A stretch of DNA of 64,000 nt from Camelus dromedarius (GCF_036321535.1 NC_087451.1:27714001-27778000); one strand, 5' to 3'; positions 43,076-60,625 are shown, counted from the stretch's first letter. The notes: generated from the letters alone by a model not told the origin. Program-made: numbers and translations.

Positions 43076-45040
43076 CCTGCTGTGAGGTGCTCCGCGTCCG
43101 GCTCTCAGCCCTGCTGGGCGGGACCAGGGAACCCAGCACCTTGGCCCTGCTCCCTGGGGCCCATGCAGCAGGGTGGGGGCAGGAGGCAGCAAGGAACCCC
43201 CAGATCTGTACCCCCAGACACCTCGGGCTGCCTCCCACATGGCAGGCTACAGGAGAGGAAAGGAGGTGAGAGTGGGCAGTCGCCCGGCCATGGGTCTGCC
43301 ACAGGGAAGCGAGGGGCTGGTGCCTGCAGTGTGCAGGCCACCTGAGCCAGGCCCACAGCATCTCAGGGTCTCCTGCACCCAAGTCGGGGGCTCTGGCCCC
43401 CTCTTGGCAGGGTGCTGGGGAGGGTGGCAGTGGTGTGTCTGATCTCCTGGTGTTTAAAAGTAAGGGTTGTGGTGCTCTGTCAGCCTACTCCCCGTTCCGT
43501 CCAGAGTGGCTTCTGCCCCTCAGCGACTGGGCCCAGTGGGGCCGGAGTGGCCTGTGGCCTGGCGCCTTGGGAACCCTGGGCCAGTGTTCACTCCTTCCAG
43601 AAGGTGACTGACCCTGTCTTGTCTTTTTAGTTTGTAAGGTCTGATGGAGAACCCCATGCAGGACACTGAAGTGAGGTGGCCGTGCGTGAAGGTTCAGACA
43701 CACTCGGGCTGGGCCGGGACCACCCTGCTTTCCTTTCCTCCCAGGTCAGGGGCGGGCCTTCCCTTCATTCCTGCCCCATCTGGCCCCCAGCTTTAGGAGT
43801 CTGGTGGTGCCAGACCTTCCCATGCTCAGATCCCTGGGCTGCAGGGATCAGCCTGCCAGCTGTAGACCTGGTATGGGAAGGACACAGGCGTGGCCGGTGG
43901 GTTCCTCTTGAGACTGCATGGCACCCCAAGATGGGCCTGGAGGACTGCCTGCAGCAGCAGACAGGAAGCCCCTGCTCGGCCATGGGTGAAGGAGACTCCA
44001 GGCCTGGGGGTCCAGGAGGTTGGCGCCCTGAATACTCGTCCACCAATGTGCAGCAGGCTTTTGGGTCCCACCCACAGCACTCAGGCAAGGGACCAGTGCT
44101 CGGGTCCCCACTTCATGTTTGTTCCCGCTGGGACCCAGCACTCCCACAGGTCCCAGTTCATGCTCTGAAGGGAATTCAAAAGTCAGCCTGCTAAGACTTT
44201 GATGAGTAAAGGAGGTAATTAGCCTGAGTGTGGGGCGGGGGAGGCCACTCCCAGGACACGGCTTTTGCGCTCAGGGGACCCATGTCCCTGCGCGGGCCCT
44301 CTAGGCAGGGCAGCACCCATGGCTTTGGGGACACTGGCTTCCATGTGGTCAGAGGAGGGGTGAAGGAGGAGCTCCCAGGCTGGGGGCTGTGCTGTCTGCC
44401 TGACACTGGATTCTGGACTGCAAGCCGGGGCTGTCTGCACAGTTGTCAGTCCCTCCTGCTGTGCCCAGCCTGGCCATTCGTTTGGCACAGGGTCTCACTG
44501 TCTGGTGCCGGGTGCTGTGCTGTGGCGTTTGGGAAGGCTCTGGAAAGGAGCGGCCCAGGAGCTGCCCCTCTAGTAAGGGAGGTCTTTGGCCTCAAGAGAC
44601 CCAGGGTTGGGGGCAGGAGGGCTTCCTGGTGTGGGGTGTTCTGGGGAGGCTCCTATGAAGCAGGACTTTTGGGCTGGCTGAGTAGACTCGACAGCTCCTG
44701 AGGGACACAGGCACGTGTCCCAGGAGGACCCAGGAGCTGTAGGACAAGACCGGGAGAGCAGTCACAATGGGGTTCCCAGCAGCAGGGTTTGGGGAGCACC
44801 TCGGGCCTGAGGGGCCTGTCTGTGCTCCCAGGTGGGCAGAATGGGGTCTGGAGACTCGGGTCCGTGTCCACTCCCACATCCCCCGCGGCACCCACCCCCT
44901 CAGAGGCTGCACTTCGCTACTCATTAAGCTGTTTACTGCGGGAACAGGTGGGTGGTCCTGGCTACCGTCTCCTGCTGGGTGGGGCAGGGGCCGGGGGTGC
45001 CCGCAGGAGCCAGGCCAGATCCAGGTTTCCAGGTTAGGGC

Positions 45041-45499
45041 TCAGGCACTGTGACAGTCGGCTGCGCGGAGTGACAGGAAGACATCTGCCTCGCACTGGAA
45101 GGTGGCACGGCCGTCGGGCAGCCGTTCGCAGCTCTGCAGGTTCGGGGTGACGTCCTCAACGCACACGGTCTAGGGGCAGGAGAGGGATGAGGGGGCACCC
45201 GGCACTCCAGCGCCCTGTACCCCCACGCCCCGCACCCTCCAGTGCCCCGCACTCACGAGGCCCCGCAGCCTGGGGCGCAGCTCCCGGAAGGTGAAGGCTC
45301 GGCCTGGGGGTTTCGTGCCCAGGGGGGGCTCGGAGCGCCGTGCGTACGGTGACCTGCGGAGGCCAGACAGCAGCCCGGCGGCGCGGCCCACCGAGTAGTA
45401 GCCCAGCCCCGCTGCCTGTTTGTACCACGCAAGGCCCGCAGGCGCCAGCAGCAGGCACAGCGCCAGGGCAGCGACCACCAGCGTCACGGGCCGGGCCAT
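45041..45499 (-). CDS. NPB: Neuropeptide B precursor, 123 aa
   Basis: Exons 45499-45257 and 45169-45041 (GTGAGT...TAG intron of 87 nt). Signal peptide [24 protein letters not shown]; mature [31 protein letters not shown]; C-terminal [14 protein letters not shown]...ADCHSA*. Confidence 0.95.
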
Positions 45500-45550
45500 G
45501 GGGACTCAGTGGCGGCGAGCAGCGGGGCGCGCAACAGCAGCACGGGCTCC

Positions 45551-45556
45551 TTATAT
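45551..45556 (-). promoter_or_regulatory. NPB TATA box
   Basis: ATATAA on the minus strand about 55 nt upstream of the ATG, with GC boxes further upstream. Confidence 0.7.
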
Positions 45557-47732
45557 CTGCAGCAGGGGCGGGGCAGGGCGGGGCGTGGAGGCGGGCACTG
45601 GGGCACACCAGGCCTCCCCATCCCCATCCCCATCCCAGAGGGAGAAGCCAGGGAAAAGCCGCACAGGGCTAGTGCCCTGGAGGCGCAGCAGACGGGCCCA
45701 GGGCTTGGTGGGGGTGGGACGCCCCCATCCTCTCCACCCTGCCCATCATCTCCCCTTTTGGACCCTGCCTGCTCTTGCTGGGAGGGGCCCCAGCCCCCCC
45801 AGCCCCAGGCTCCCCCTACTGACCTTGGTCCAACTTGAGTCCAGCCTAAGCGGGAGCAGGGGCAGCAGTGCTGCGGTGAAACCCCACAATCAGTGCCCCA
45901 GCCCTGAGTCACCCCGAGGGGTCCCCAGCTCTCATGAGGCTGGAGAGCCACTGACCGCACTGTGCCCAAAGGACGGGGGACAAAGGAGCAGATCTCACCC
46001 TAAAGGGGAACTGACCACAGGAGACCAGAGTTTCTAGAGAAGGCAGGGAAGTCCAGGGGGCCTGGGGGCAGTGGCCAACTTCACACCTGTGGGAGGTTCT
46101 ATCGCTGGTCTGATCCTTAGAGCCGGTGGCAGGACAGCCAGGATAGCTCGCCAGGCTGAGAGGGGGTGTTAGGGGAGTTGAGGACGTTTGCAAAGGTGGG
46201 TGCTGTGACCCTGTGCCTCCTTGTGGGAGGGAGAGCTGAGCTCACGGGACCCTGAGAGGACCTTGCAGAGGGCTGGACTCCAGATGTGTGCAGGGCCCGG
46301 CAGGGCAGATGCCCGTCCAGCTCAAGGGGACCAAGCAGGCCCTGGGAGGACCAGGCTGGATCCCAGCAAAGTGTGGAGAGGAGCACCCCAGAGACCCGCA
46401 GGGAAGTGGGGCCTGCAGCAAGCTGTGGCCTCCCTGCGGGGAAGTGCATGTCCCCACACACGTGCTAAAAGCCCAGAGGCAGGGCTCAGGGGGTGGTGCC
46501 CCAGGCACATGGCTACTTCCTGACACGAGAGGAAATTTCCCGGGGAAGGCAGAACTCCAGGGAGGGGTGGCGGGCTGGGGGGCCACCAATGGGACGCTGC
46601 AGCCACCACAGCCCACCTGGGACTGTGTCTTCCCTGCTGGGCTGGCCTACAGGGCTCCTTGCTAACCCTGGATCTGGACACTGTACACAGAGGGCCCTAG
46701 AATACAGAGCTGCTGCCTAGAACCTAGCAGCCAAGGGGGGGCACCCAGGAGGCTGAACCCAGGCCTGAGAGGGAGGGCACCCGGCAGGTGACATCAGCCA
46801 CAGGCTTCCCTCAGTGAGCTCTCCAAACGTCCTGGTCACCTGCCTTTCCCAGGACAGACACCAGCACAGGAACCCTGGTAGCTGGGTTTCTGGGTAGGGG
46901 GCACATGACCTCCGGGTTCTGTGAGGGTGATGGTCCCCGGGCCTCCTTTCCCCTGGGCACAATGCCCAGATGGGAAGTATGCTGGCACATGAGGGACCAC
47001 GCACTGCCCGGTCTTCTCCTCTGCGGACTGCAGACAGGTGGAGGTGACTGGACAGAAGGGGTTAGGGTGGCACAGGGTAGTGACCCCAAGGGAGGAGGTT
47101 ATCCAGAAGAAACTGGAAGGAGCCAGTGCCCAGAGACTCCCTGCAGCTCACGGGACACGCAGCCTGCAGCGGTCTCCATCCAGAAGCTGCTTGACACTGC
47201 CGGGGTTGGAACTGTTGCCCCCGAAGGGCCACTACCCCGTGGAGCTGTGGCAGAACGGACGCCCAAAGGCCTCCCAAGGGCTGTCTTTCTCTCAGTAGGG
47301 AGGTCCTTGACACCCGCAGACACACCCTGATGTCAAGGACGCCAGCACTGAAGAGTCACCCAGGGGACTGAGCCTTCCGGCAGGAGAAGGCCTACCCGTG
47401 GCTGCCCACTGTGTCCAGCAAAGGTCCTACAGACCAGCCTGAAGGGTGGTCCCCAGGGCCTGGGCTGCAGGCCTCTGCTCCACTGTTCCTCCACCTCCCC
47501 TGCTGGCAGGAACATGCCCCAGGGCCTTGGCACCGCCAGGCTCTTGCAGCCCCCTGAGTTAGTCACTCCTGCCCCCCGCTCCTCTGGCTCCTTCTCTTCC
47601 AGGAGCTGTGACTCAGGCCTCAGTGGCATTGCATCGAGATGTTTATTCATGAGAATTTTCATATCAACGCACACAGAGGCCGAATTAGCGCCAAGAAAAC
47701 AAGCAGCTAGAGGCCTCCAGCCAGACTCGGGG

Positions 47733-47738
47733 TTTAAT
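47733..47738 (-). terminator. ANAPC11 poly(A) signal (second AATAAA at 47642-47647)
   Basis: ATTAAA on the minus strand 150 nt after the stop. Confidence 0.7.
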
Positions 47739-47885
47739 GAGTTTTACTTATTGGATAAACTGTCAACGTTGTGATGAAAAAAAACACAAAGGCAACTCCA
47801 GGCCTCGTTTCAACCCATTCCAGCCCAAAGGGGGCCGTCGCAGGGAGGGGGGCCTGCGTGGGGGGGGCGTCTGGGCAGCTCGGCC

Positions 47886-50800
47886 TCACTCCTTGAACTT
47901 CCACTCCTGGCGGCACATGGGGCAGTGCTGCTGCACCTGCTGCGCGTTGAGCCACTTGAGGATGCAGTGCATGTGGAAGCAGTGTGAGCACTGGCCCCAC
48001 ACCAGCGGGCAATCGTCGCCAGGCACCTTGCCTGCGGGAGGGGCGGGAGGGGCGGGGGAGTTGCACAGTGAGGGACAGCCAGGAGGCCCAGGTCGCCAGC
48101 CCATTGACCCTGGGGGACAGGGACGGGGACGTGAGCCCATGGCAGCCAGAGACTCAGACATCAGGAGCGACACCAGTGATGTGGCCACTCCCCCCCCCCC
48201 GCCCCCCCCACCCCGCTGCTCCCACTTTCACTCTCCCCCCCCAGGCAGGGCCGGGGCAGCTCAAGGGGCTCCGCGCAGGAGGAGCTCTGGCCCGGCCCAC
48301 AGGCGCCACCAGCGGCCTCCCAGGGCCCGGGCCCTCCTGCACACCGCAGCCCTGCCATCTGGCACCTGGGATGCCAGGAAGGGGGCCGTGTCCATATGCC
48401 CAGGCGACCGCAGAGGAGACACCTCTTGGTGAAGGCTAAGAGGTCTCAGGACCCCGGGGGTTCCTTTCTGAGGCAGCAGGGGTCCAGGGCAGTAGCAGGA
48501 AGCCGACTGGGAACACTGGTGCTTACGGCCCTGCCTGCCAGCAGCTGCGAGTGAGCACGGCAGGACCTTCCCTCTCTGTCCCCAGCCTGAAAGGATCCCA
48601 GCTCAAAGGCCAGGGTACCCGCTACTGGCACCCCACCCCACACACCTGGAAATGCTACCTACGTGGAGGGGACTGGCACTGCCCATGGTCCAGAGAAACA
48701 AGTGTCCCTCTGATTTTCAAGAATCTGGAAAGTCCCATCAAACAGCTGGTGCCAGAAGAGTGCAACAGCCTCCCCTGGCCCTGAGCCGGGCCGTGGGCAC
48801 CAAGGAGCTACAGCTTGCTCTCTTGGGGGTGCCCCCCACCACTGCCCATCAAGCATGAGCCATATCCAGATGTCACTGGTGCACAAACACAGAGGGCGGG
48901 ATGGACAGGCCAGGCCTGGAGAAGCAGGGGACATCTTGTCCAGGAGGTGGTTGAGTGCATGTCCGGGACCGACCCCTGTGACCACAGGGCCAGCCTGGAG
49001 GCCTGTGTTCCTGGTCCTCACTCTAGACACCAACCCCGCCCCCCCGGGATGCGTGATCCTGCAACATGTCACAGAGAGGACGACGCTCTCAACACCCCAC
49101 GAAGCGCTGGCTCCACGCTCAACTGGGAGCTGGGAAGCCGGCCTCGAGGCCTGCCTCACAGGGGTCTGCAGCCTCCGTGTCCCTCCGCCCGGCAGACAGG
49201 AGGCCAGGGCCACACGGCTGATGCGGGAGCTGCCGCTTCTGAGGGGAGCATTTGAACCAGGCAGCTGGCGTGGGCGCTGGGTCCAAGGGTCCTTCGACAA
49301 CTGAAAACATGCACCTCCTACGCAGCCCCCCGAGCAGCCCCTGCTCCGTGGCGCACACACATCCCTCGGAGTCAGAGGGAAAAGGCCGCTGCCATCTTCT
49401 CGTTTGCTTGTCTGGGGTGGTATTCCTCAATCTTAAAAAATCCTTTCTGTAACAAAAATGTCACTCCCTTTCTGAAACTTTTATGATAAAACAACCAGAA
49501 AATCATACACTTGCCATATACAAAGTTATCTACCTCACTCCGCTTCCCAGGCCACGGGGATGGGGTGAGAGGACCCTGGGCTCACAGAGTGTGACGCCTG
49601 ATTGAAACAAGCCCCCCACCACCCACCTGCAGAGCCCTTCCAACCTCAGGACTATGCTTGGAATCACCTCTAACACATGAGAGTCCCTTAAAAATGGAGG
49701 ACAGAAAGGGTGGGCGGGGCTGGCGAGCCCACTGATGGGGGTCTGTGAGCCAGGCAGTCCTGTCCATTCCCACAGGGCTCGTCTGGGCAAAAGAGCCGCC
49801 TTCTCTCTGGTAACAGCGTGTGCAGGCAGCCTGTGGGGGACGTCTGACAGCACAGGCCAACCTTGGCGCGGACTCGCAGAGAAACCCAGTGTCACTTCAC
49901 CTGCGCAGAAGGCACGCTGGGCTTGCCAAACACTCTGCTCCCGACAGCTGGCTCACTCTGACTCACAACCAGCAGGTCCAAAGCCTTCTTCTCGGCAGCC
50001 GACACACCTGAGCCAGGCCCGCGCACCAGGGATGCCCAGCCACAGCCCCCCCCCCCCCCGGGGGCCACCTCCAACACACGGGCCCACTCCCCACATTGGG
50101 CACAGCCACAAAACTGCTTTCGAGGACTTTTCAGAGGCCCAGTCTACTGCTGAGGAAGCTGCAACTACCTGCCCCTCAGGGCTCCCACTGCCTGTGATGC
50201 ACCCTTAGGAAGGGCGGTTTTAAACGGATTAAACAAGACCAGACCCAGTGCTTCCTACTCTCCAGTTCACTATAACGTGTAAAACCCCATCAAGCAGAAG
50301 CAGTCGGTGATTTCCTAAACGACGTCGCACTGGCCTGATTACATCACGAGGGGTTCACTCCTAGGTGGTCACGCCTCCTGTCGGCTGAAGCGCACGTGAA
50401 GATCACGCCTAGGATGATGTCTGCACTGAAATTCAATGATTTGGATTTCAGTGTGAGAAGGAAACTCTCATTATTATTCTGGTGCTCACCTGGCCCCACA
50501 AGACAGGCCTGGTCACTAATGGGGCTGCCAAGAGCTACTCAGTGGTCCCCAAGCCCCACCTCCCTCTTGGGGCCACCCTTGTGCCCTAGGCAAAGGCTCA
50601 GATCCTTTCTTCTGTGTCCTGTTCACTTGGGTCTGACTAAAAACTAAAGTCACTGATGCAAAACTCTGTTTTTGACCTAAATATGTAACCACGCACTTTC
50701 ACTTTACAGCACTGGGGACAAAGGAGTAACGCAAAAGACGACAAAGAAGACACCTGACCAAACCCCACGGCAGGCATTCTACAAGACAACACTTTCTGAA

Positions 50801-51678
50801 AGAGTCAGACTGTCTTTTTATAATGTGAGAGAAAAGTCAAAGCACAACTGTTTTGGTTAAGTAGCAAAGGGACAAGCAATCACACCTTGGGTTCTGGCTC
50901 ACACCACCTTCTGATCAAGAGACACTTGGGGACACTAAAGAAATCTGAACAAGGACGAGGAACGGGGATGGGCAACAATAAAGAATTACTGTCATGTCGT
51001 CTGATGTGACAACAGTGACAGGTAAAAAGTCAGCACAACATTTAGAGACGCAGGTAAGCTGAGCGGGGTGACGGTAGCATTTACTTTACGACTAGTTTTT
51101 CTATTTGTTTTTTGCTTTTTGTTTTCTTTTTTATGGAGGTACTTAGGATTGAACCCGGGACCTGGTGCATGCTAAGCACGTGCTTTACCGCTGGGCCACA
51201 CCCACTCCCGTAGCATTCACTGTAAAACCCTGGGGGAAACACACAGGCGTGGTAAGATATTACTCAGTGTCCTTCTATGTGCTAGATGGGGGGCGACCTC
51301 AGAACACTGCGATTGTGTCTGCTTGAGAACTTCAAATAGGAAGCTTTGTTTTCCAGCTACGCTGATCAGGATAGAAACCTGTCCTATTTTTGTTATAAAA
51401 GTTTGGAAGAGGTCTCTATACAAATAGAAGCCCAAATCGCCTGGCTTTTTCTAGTGACTTTTCTTGGCGAAAGGAAATCAAACCCCAGGGACGTTATGCA
51501 GGTATTTGGGGGGACACGCCACGGCCAGCGAGTAGGCAGAGCTCAGGAGAGCGGGCAGGGGGCACTCACAGTCCGGGCAGCAGCCGTTGAAAGCCATCCG
51601 GCAGATGCCGCAGTTCTCGTCGTTGGCCACCCAGAGCCAAGTGGCCACGCCGTTCCAGCACTTGATCTTCACCTTCAT
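47886..51678 (-). CDS. ANAPC11: Anaphase-promoting complex subunit 11 (RING-H2), 84 aa
   Basis: Exons 51678-51570 and 48031-47886 (255 nt). MKVKIKCWNGVATWLWVANDENCGICRMAFNGCCPDC|KVPGDDCPLVWGQCSHCFHMHCILKWLNAQQVQQHCPMCRQEWKFKE*. Confidence 0.97.
50730..51090 (+). mobile_element. Ancient L1ME-like 3' fragment in ANAPC11 intron
   Basis: Degenerate resemblance (gcattctacaagac...ggggacactaaagaaatctgaac...aataaagaattactg). Confidence 0.45.
51096..51209 (-). mobile_element. tRNA-derived camelid SINE
   Basis: tggaggtacttaggattgaacccgggacctggtgcatgctaagcacg with a T-rich tail; reverse complement of the family seen at 1808 and 6355. Confidence 0.85.
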
Positions 51679-51689
51679 GGCGCAGGAGC

Positions 51690-55750
<4,061 letters not shown>

Positions 55751-55820
55751 ACAGACCAGCAGATCCGTGCATGGACCAGGACCCAGATGTCTTGTCCGTG
55801 CTCCCTGGAGGGACGGGTGA

Positions 55821-56063
55821 NNNNNNNNNNNNNNNNNNNNNNNNNNNNNNNNNNNNNNNNNNNNNNNNNNNNNNNNNNNNNNNNNNNNNNNNNNNNNNNN
55901 NNNNNNNNNNNNNNNNNNNNNNNNNNNNNNNNNNNNNNNNNNNNNNNNNNNNNNNNNNNNNNNNNNNNNNNNNNNNNNNNNNNNNNNNNNNNNNNNNNNN
56001 NNNNNNNNNNNNNNNNNNNNNNNNNNNNNNNNNNNNNNNNNNNNNNNNNNNNNNNNNNNNNNN
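55821..56063. other. N-run (243 nt) over the ALYREF 3' UTR, probably including the poly(A) signal
   Basis: Read directly; starts 70 nt after the stop. Confidence 0.95.
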
Positions 56064-58099
56064 TTCGTCCCCATCGGAGTCCTCGCCTGGGCCGGAGCTC
56101 TGGTGTCAGTCCAGGGGGTGGGAGGGACACGGCAGACCTGAGGAGGAAATGTGGGCAGCAGGCCTGCCGGGTGTGTGGCACCTGGCCTAGGGGTTGGAGT
56201 TAGTGCTTCGGGAGGTTGGTGGTGGCCACTCTTCCGTCTCTGTTCCGCAGACCCTAATTTGTTTCCCACCCGGTAGGGTGGGCGTGGGAGGACGTGGAGC
56301 AGTGTCTTGCGCCCGCAGCCGCCTGGTCACCTGTACTTCGAGGTGTTTCTGCCACCCTGTGTTTCTGCCAGCCTTCAGATGACTGCTGACTGCAGGCTTG
56401 GGCCATTCCTTTGTGGTCCTCAGGAACCTGGATTCAGCAGTTGTGACTTTGCAATGTAATTGTCTCATGTGTCTTGTTTTGTGTCATCAGGGAAGGAGCA
56501 TGGTGTCAGGGTGTCCTTTTCTTAATTCCGCACTAGGTGATGTAGCTGGTGGGAGCTGTGGCAGAATCTAATTTGACTTGCAGAGAACTGCAGGGTCTGG
56601 CAGACACAGATGCCTGCCCAGACCCCTTCTGGGACGGTAGAGCAGGGCAGTGACATCACCTGCCTCTACACCATGTGCCCAGCCATGCGGTCCCTGTGGT
56701 TCAGGAGGGGCGGAGACACCTTTGGGCGCCCCCTCTTAGGGCACACTTGTCTGCTGCTTGGTTCTGCCTGAAACCAGGCTGGAGAGAAGGTCCTTGTTCC
56801 GGGCTCACAGGCACGTTCCAGGGCGGGACTGGGGAGGGCCGGGACGGGGCCGGTACTAAGTGGCGCCCTCAGCAGGCAAGATACACGGGGAGCTCTCGGC
56901 CTCGCCTCATCCCGAGGCAGCTGCCACTGTGGCTTCCCATCTTCCCTGTGTGGGAGGGGGCTGGGGTGCCTCACAAGGGATGGATGTGAGGAAGGGGTTA
57001 CCGCGCTGTCACTGCAGGGCCGGCAGTTGCTGCTTGAGCTGCCCGAGGTGCGCCGGGCAGCGAGTGGAAAGATGGGCCATCCCTGCCCTTGGCCAGAGGA
57101 GCTGGTCCAGCTGGAAGGGGTCGTTGTGTGCTCGGCTTTAGCAGCTGTGGTTGTGAGGAGTGGGTGTGGTTGAGGTTGCACACCTGGGCAGAGCTGGGCG
57201 GTGTCCCTGAGGAGGTGGCCTTGGGCTCAGCAGGCAGGTGCCAGGTGGGACACTGCTTTCTGGGGCGTCGGGAGAGGCAGCAGGACGCCTTGCTCTGCTC
57301 GTTCGTTCCACCTGGAAGCTGACGAGAGCATCTGACTGGGGCCCGCTGGGCCCGGGGCTGGAAGTGGTGGCACTGACGGCCCCTCAGATGGGGAGCCCTG
57401 CGGGGCGCTCAGGTGTTTGGAGGGAGTGGCTGCTGGGGTTTGGGGGCTCATGGGGCAGCATGAGGAGTGCCTGAGGGGAACACGTCGAGGGATGTCGTTA
57501 GTGGAGAGCGGGTCACAGGAGGAAGCAAACAAAGGGCAGGCGCCAGGCACCGTCGTCAGGTGTCAGGGTAAGTGCTAAGGCTGTGGAGGAGAACAGAGCA
57601 GAGGGTGCCCAGGAGGAGGCAGAGACCCACGAAGGTCTTTGGGGGAAAGCTACCTACAGAAGAGCAAGCGCCAGGGTCCTGAGGTGAGGACTCTGGGACA
57701 GGCCAGAGCCCCGGCGTGGCTGGGTGGACGGGGCAGAGGACCTGGGGCCTCACTGATGGCCTCTGCTGGGCCCCGAGGGAAGCCCTGTGGGGGCGTCTAC
57801 CAGAGGGGCAGCCTGGTATGGGACAAGGGCCTAGGGCCCAGCACGCGGGGACTGATGTCGGTGAGTGACAGCCACAAACTGACCGAAAAGGCCACTTGGA
57901 GTGGGCTTTAGTGTTTCAGTTTCAATGAGTGTTGAGTGTGAAATACTCTTAAGAAAACTAGTTTTTCACCTGAGAAAATAACATACCCGATCAGCATAGA
58001 GAAGCTGACATAAACAGAACCGCCCTCCCAGCGCTGTCCAGACAGAGCCCTTGTTACTCCAGGGGTTTAAAAAAGCGAGAGCTTTACTGACATATAATC

Positions 58100-58900
58100 C
58101 ACACACTGCGAAGCTTGCCCATTCACATAGTGATTTTACTATATTCACAGAGTGACAAATCTACCCCCACGTTGAAATTCCAGAATATTCTCATCACCCC
58201 AGAAAGAAAGCCACCAGCAGCCCCTCCTCAATTCCTCCCCTGGCCCCTGGCGTCCACTGGTCCACTCGCCTTCCATCTCTGGACCTGCCTGTCCTGGATG
58301 TTTCAAACTGAGCTGTAGGGTGTGCGACTTTCCAGGTCCATCCTCTTTAACTCAGCATGATGTCTTCAAGGCTCAGCACTCAGGCCTTTTTCTTGCCGAA
58401 CAGTCTAGGCTGGGTGTCTCACGCACAGTTTAGCCACTCACCAGGTGATGGACACCTAGGCTGTTTATGGTTTTGACTTTTGGGGTAATGTTGCCGTGGG
58501 CATCTATGCACACGTTTGTTATGTAAACATGCATTTTCACTTCTCTTGGAGTGGGATTGCTGGGTCATAGAGCAACTGAGTTTAATTTTTTGAGGAGTCA
58601 GGGGTCTTCCCACGGCAGCTACACACTCTTCCGTTCACCCCAGCGGTGATAAAGACTCCAGTTTCCCCACTTTCTTGACAACACTTTGTCTTTCTTATTT
58701 TGGCCATCTGTGGGGGGCGAAGTGGTGTCTCATCATGGTTTTGCTTTGTAATTTCTTTTCCTTATAACCTGTTTCTTTTTTAAATGTCCGGATTGAATAA
58801 CAGTTACTCTGGGTAGGACGTTGCTCCCTGTGCAGTTCGGAGGACTTTTCCCACACACTGATCTGTTTGAACGTGGTGAGTGCCACGACTCCAGTTTTAC
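58100..58900 (-). mobile_element. Old L1 3' region (L1MB/ME-like)
   Basis: tccagaatattctcatcaccccagaaag...gatggacacctaggctgttt...attgctgggtcatag matches recalled antisense L1M 3' end. Confidence 0.75.
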
Positions 58901-59249
58901 AAAGAAAAATACAAAGATCTCTTTATATTGCTTTGTACTCTTTAAACTTTATAGAAGTAATAAAAAATAACGTGATATTCCTGAAATGGACATAGCTAGC
59001 ACCTTCCCTAATAATTTATATGAACGTCCACCTCTTTCTCCATTTAACTGTGAATGTCTTATAATTTTGATATTCAGATTTATAGAAAAATGTGAGAATT
59101 GGACAAAGAATTCGGTGCCCCCCTCACCCAGACCCCAGGTGAGACCCCATTCCTCTTCACCCTCTGTTTTTCTGGAACTGATGGAGAGCAGGCTGCAGCA
59201 GGCTGCCACTTGACCCCTACACCCGTGCCCGTGCGTGTCTCCAAAAGCG

Positions 59250-60535
59250 AGGGCATCCTCTTCTGCAGTCAGACGTGAACACTGACAGCGATACCGTTAC
59301 CTGAACTGCAGGCCTTGCTCAAGTCTGGCCGGCTGTCCTAGCAGCCTGTGTTGTGAGCGCTTCTGGTCCACGTGGAAAAGGCAGGCCTGGGCCGTGAGGG
59401 TGTCCAGCCGTTTTCAGTGCTTTAGCCCTCTGTGTGTTTTATGACCTTGACACTTTCTGCACGTTGCTCCCGTTGGGGATTGTCTCACTCAGGTCTGATT
59501 AGACTGGGGCTGCGGATTCTCGGCAAGAATATCACTGACGGGGGTTCCCGTGCGCACCGGACGGCAGTCTGTCTGATTCCCGTGGTGTGAGATTGTGCGT
59601 GTGGTTCAGGTGGGAGCGGCCAGTTTTCTCGACTGCACAGTCACCCTTCTCCCCTTGGTAATCCATCAGTTTGTTGGAGGAGGAACTTTGAGACTAAGAG
59701 AACACTTGTTTCTCACAGTTTTGCCTGCTAATTTTAGCATCCTGTGGTGCAGTCATTATTACTCTGGTGTTTCATGGTTAGTTTTTACATTTCCCTCATT
59801 CCTTCAACATTAATTGGAACTATTTTCTAAGACAGAGCAGCCCCTTCTCTACCATTTACTCAGTCATTTGTATCGGCATGGACTTGTGGACCTGTATTTG
59901 ATTCTATGAGACGTAATCTGGTGACTGCCATTCTGCTGCTCCGAAGGTTAGGGATCCTCGTGTGCCCTTTTGACGTGCCATGTCCTTAAAAGCACTTCCT
60001 AACTTTCTGGCCCCAGGGGAGACTCCAGGCCCACCTTCTATTCTCTGGCTCGTTTCGTGGAGACTGGGATTTAGCAACCAAGATCTGGACGTTGCTTGTG
60101 CTCACTGCCACCGAGCTGCTGTCACTGCTGAGTCCTCTCAGGACAGAGCTAGGAAACACATGTACTAACTCACGTGTGTACCTCTGTATTTGTTTCTGAA
60201 CCTATCTAGTTGCATATACACATTAAAAAAACTGTGAGTTCACACTGACGTCTCTGATTCCAGCCCAACTCCAGAGGATTCACTCTCACCTCCCCTTATT
60301 TATAAATTCTTTCTCTGGCAGTGAGAAGCCTGGCTTTCGTGGTCCACGTGGTATCTGCTTAGACGACATCAGTCCTTTAAGTGTCTGCCTAACCTGATCT
60401 TAGAGCTGCTGACCCACACCTGTAAGAGACATTCGCTAACCAGGGGGCAGGACTGGGTTCTTGAATGTGTAGAGTCAGGGTACCCAGTGAAGGTACTGGT
60501 TCCCAAGGTTGCTTAGGCGAGTGAGTCTCTCCCAC
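59250..60535 (-). mobile_element. L1MC4-like remnant
   Basis: aaccaagatctgg...gacagagctaggaaa...cagtgagaagcctggct...tcccaaggttgcttagg follows recalled L1MC4 order. Boundaries approximate. Confidence 0.7.
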
Positions 60536-60625
60536 ACTTTTTTAAGGTGGTTTCTGGCATCCGCTGGAAACCGCTTTTGGTGAACTTCACTTCCCGGTGT
60601 GTGCCTGCGGCCAGGGTAGCCCCAC

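Noticed and set aside
50654-50662. Other TGATGCAAA / ATTACATCA ATF4-like motifs (7777, 50338, 50654)
   Set aside because: Located in repeats or mid-intron without supporting promoter context; 9-mers of this kind are expected by chance in 64 kb.
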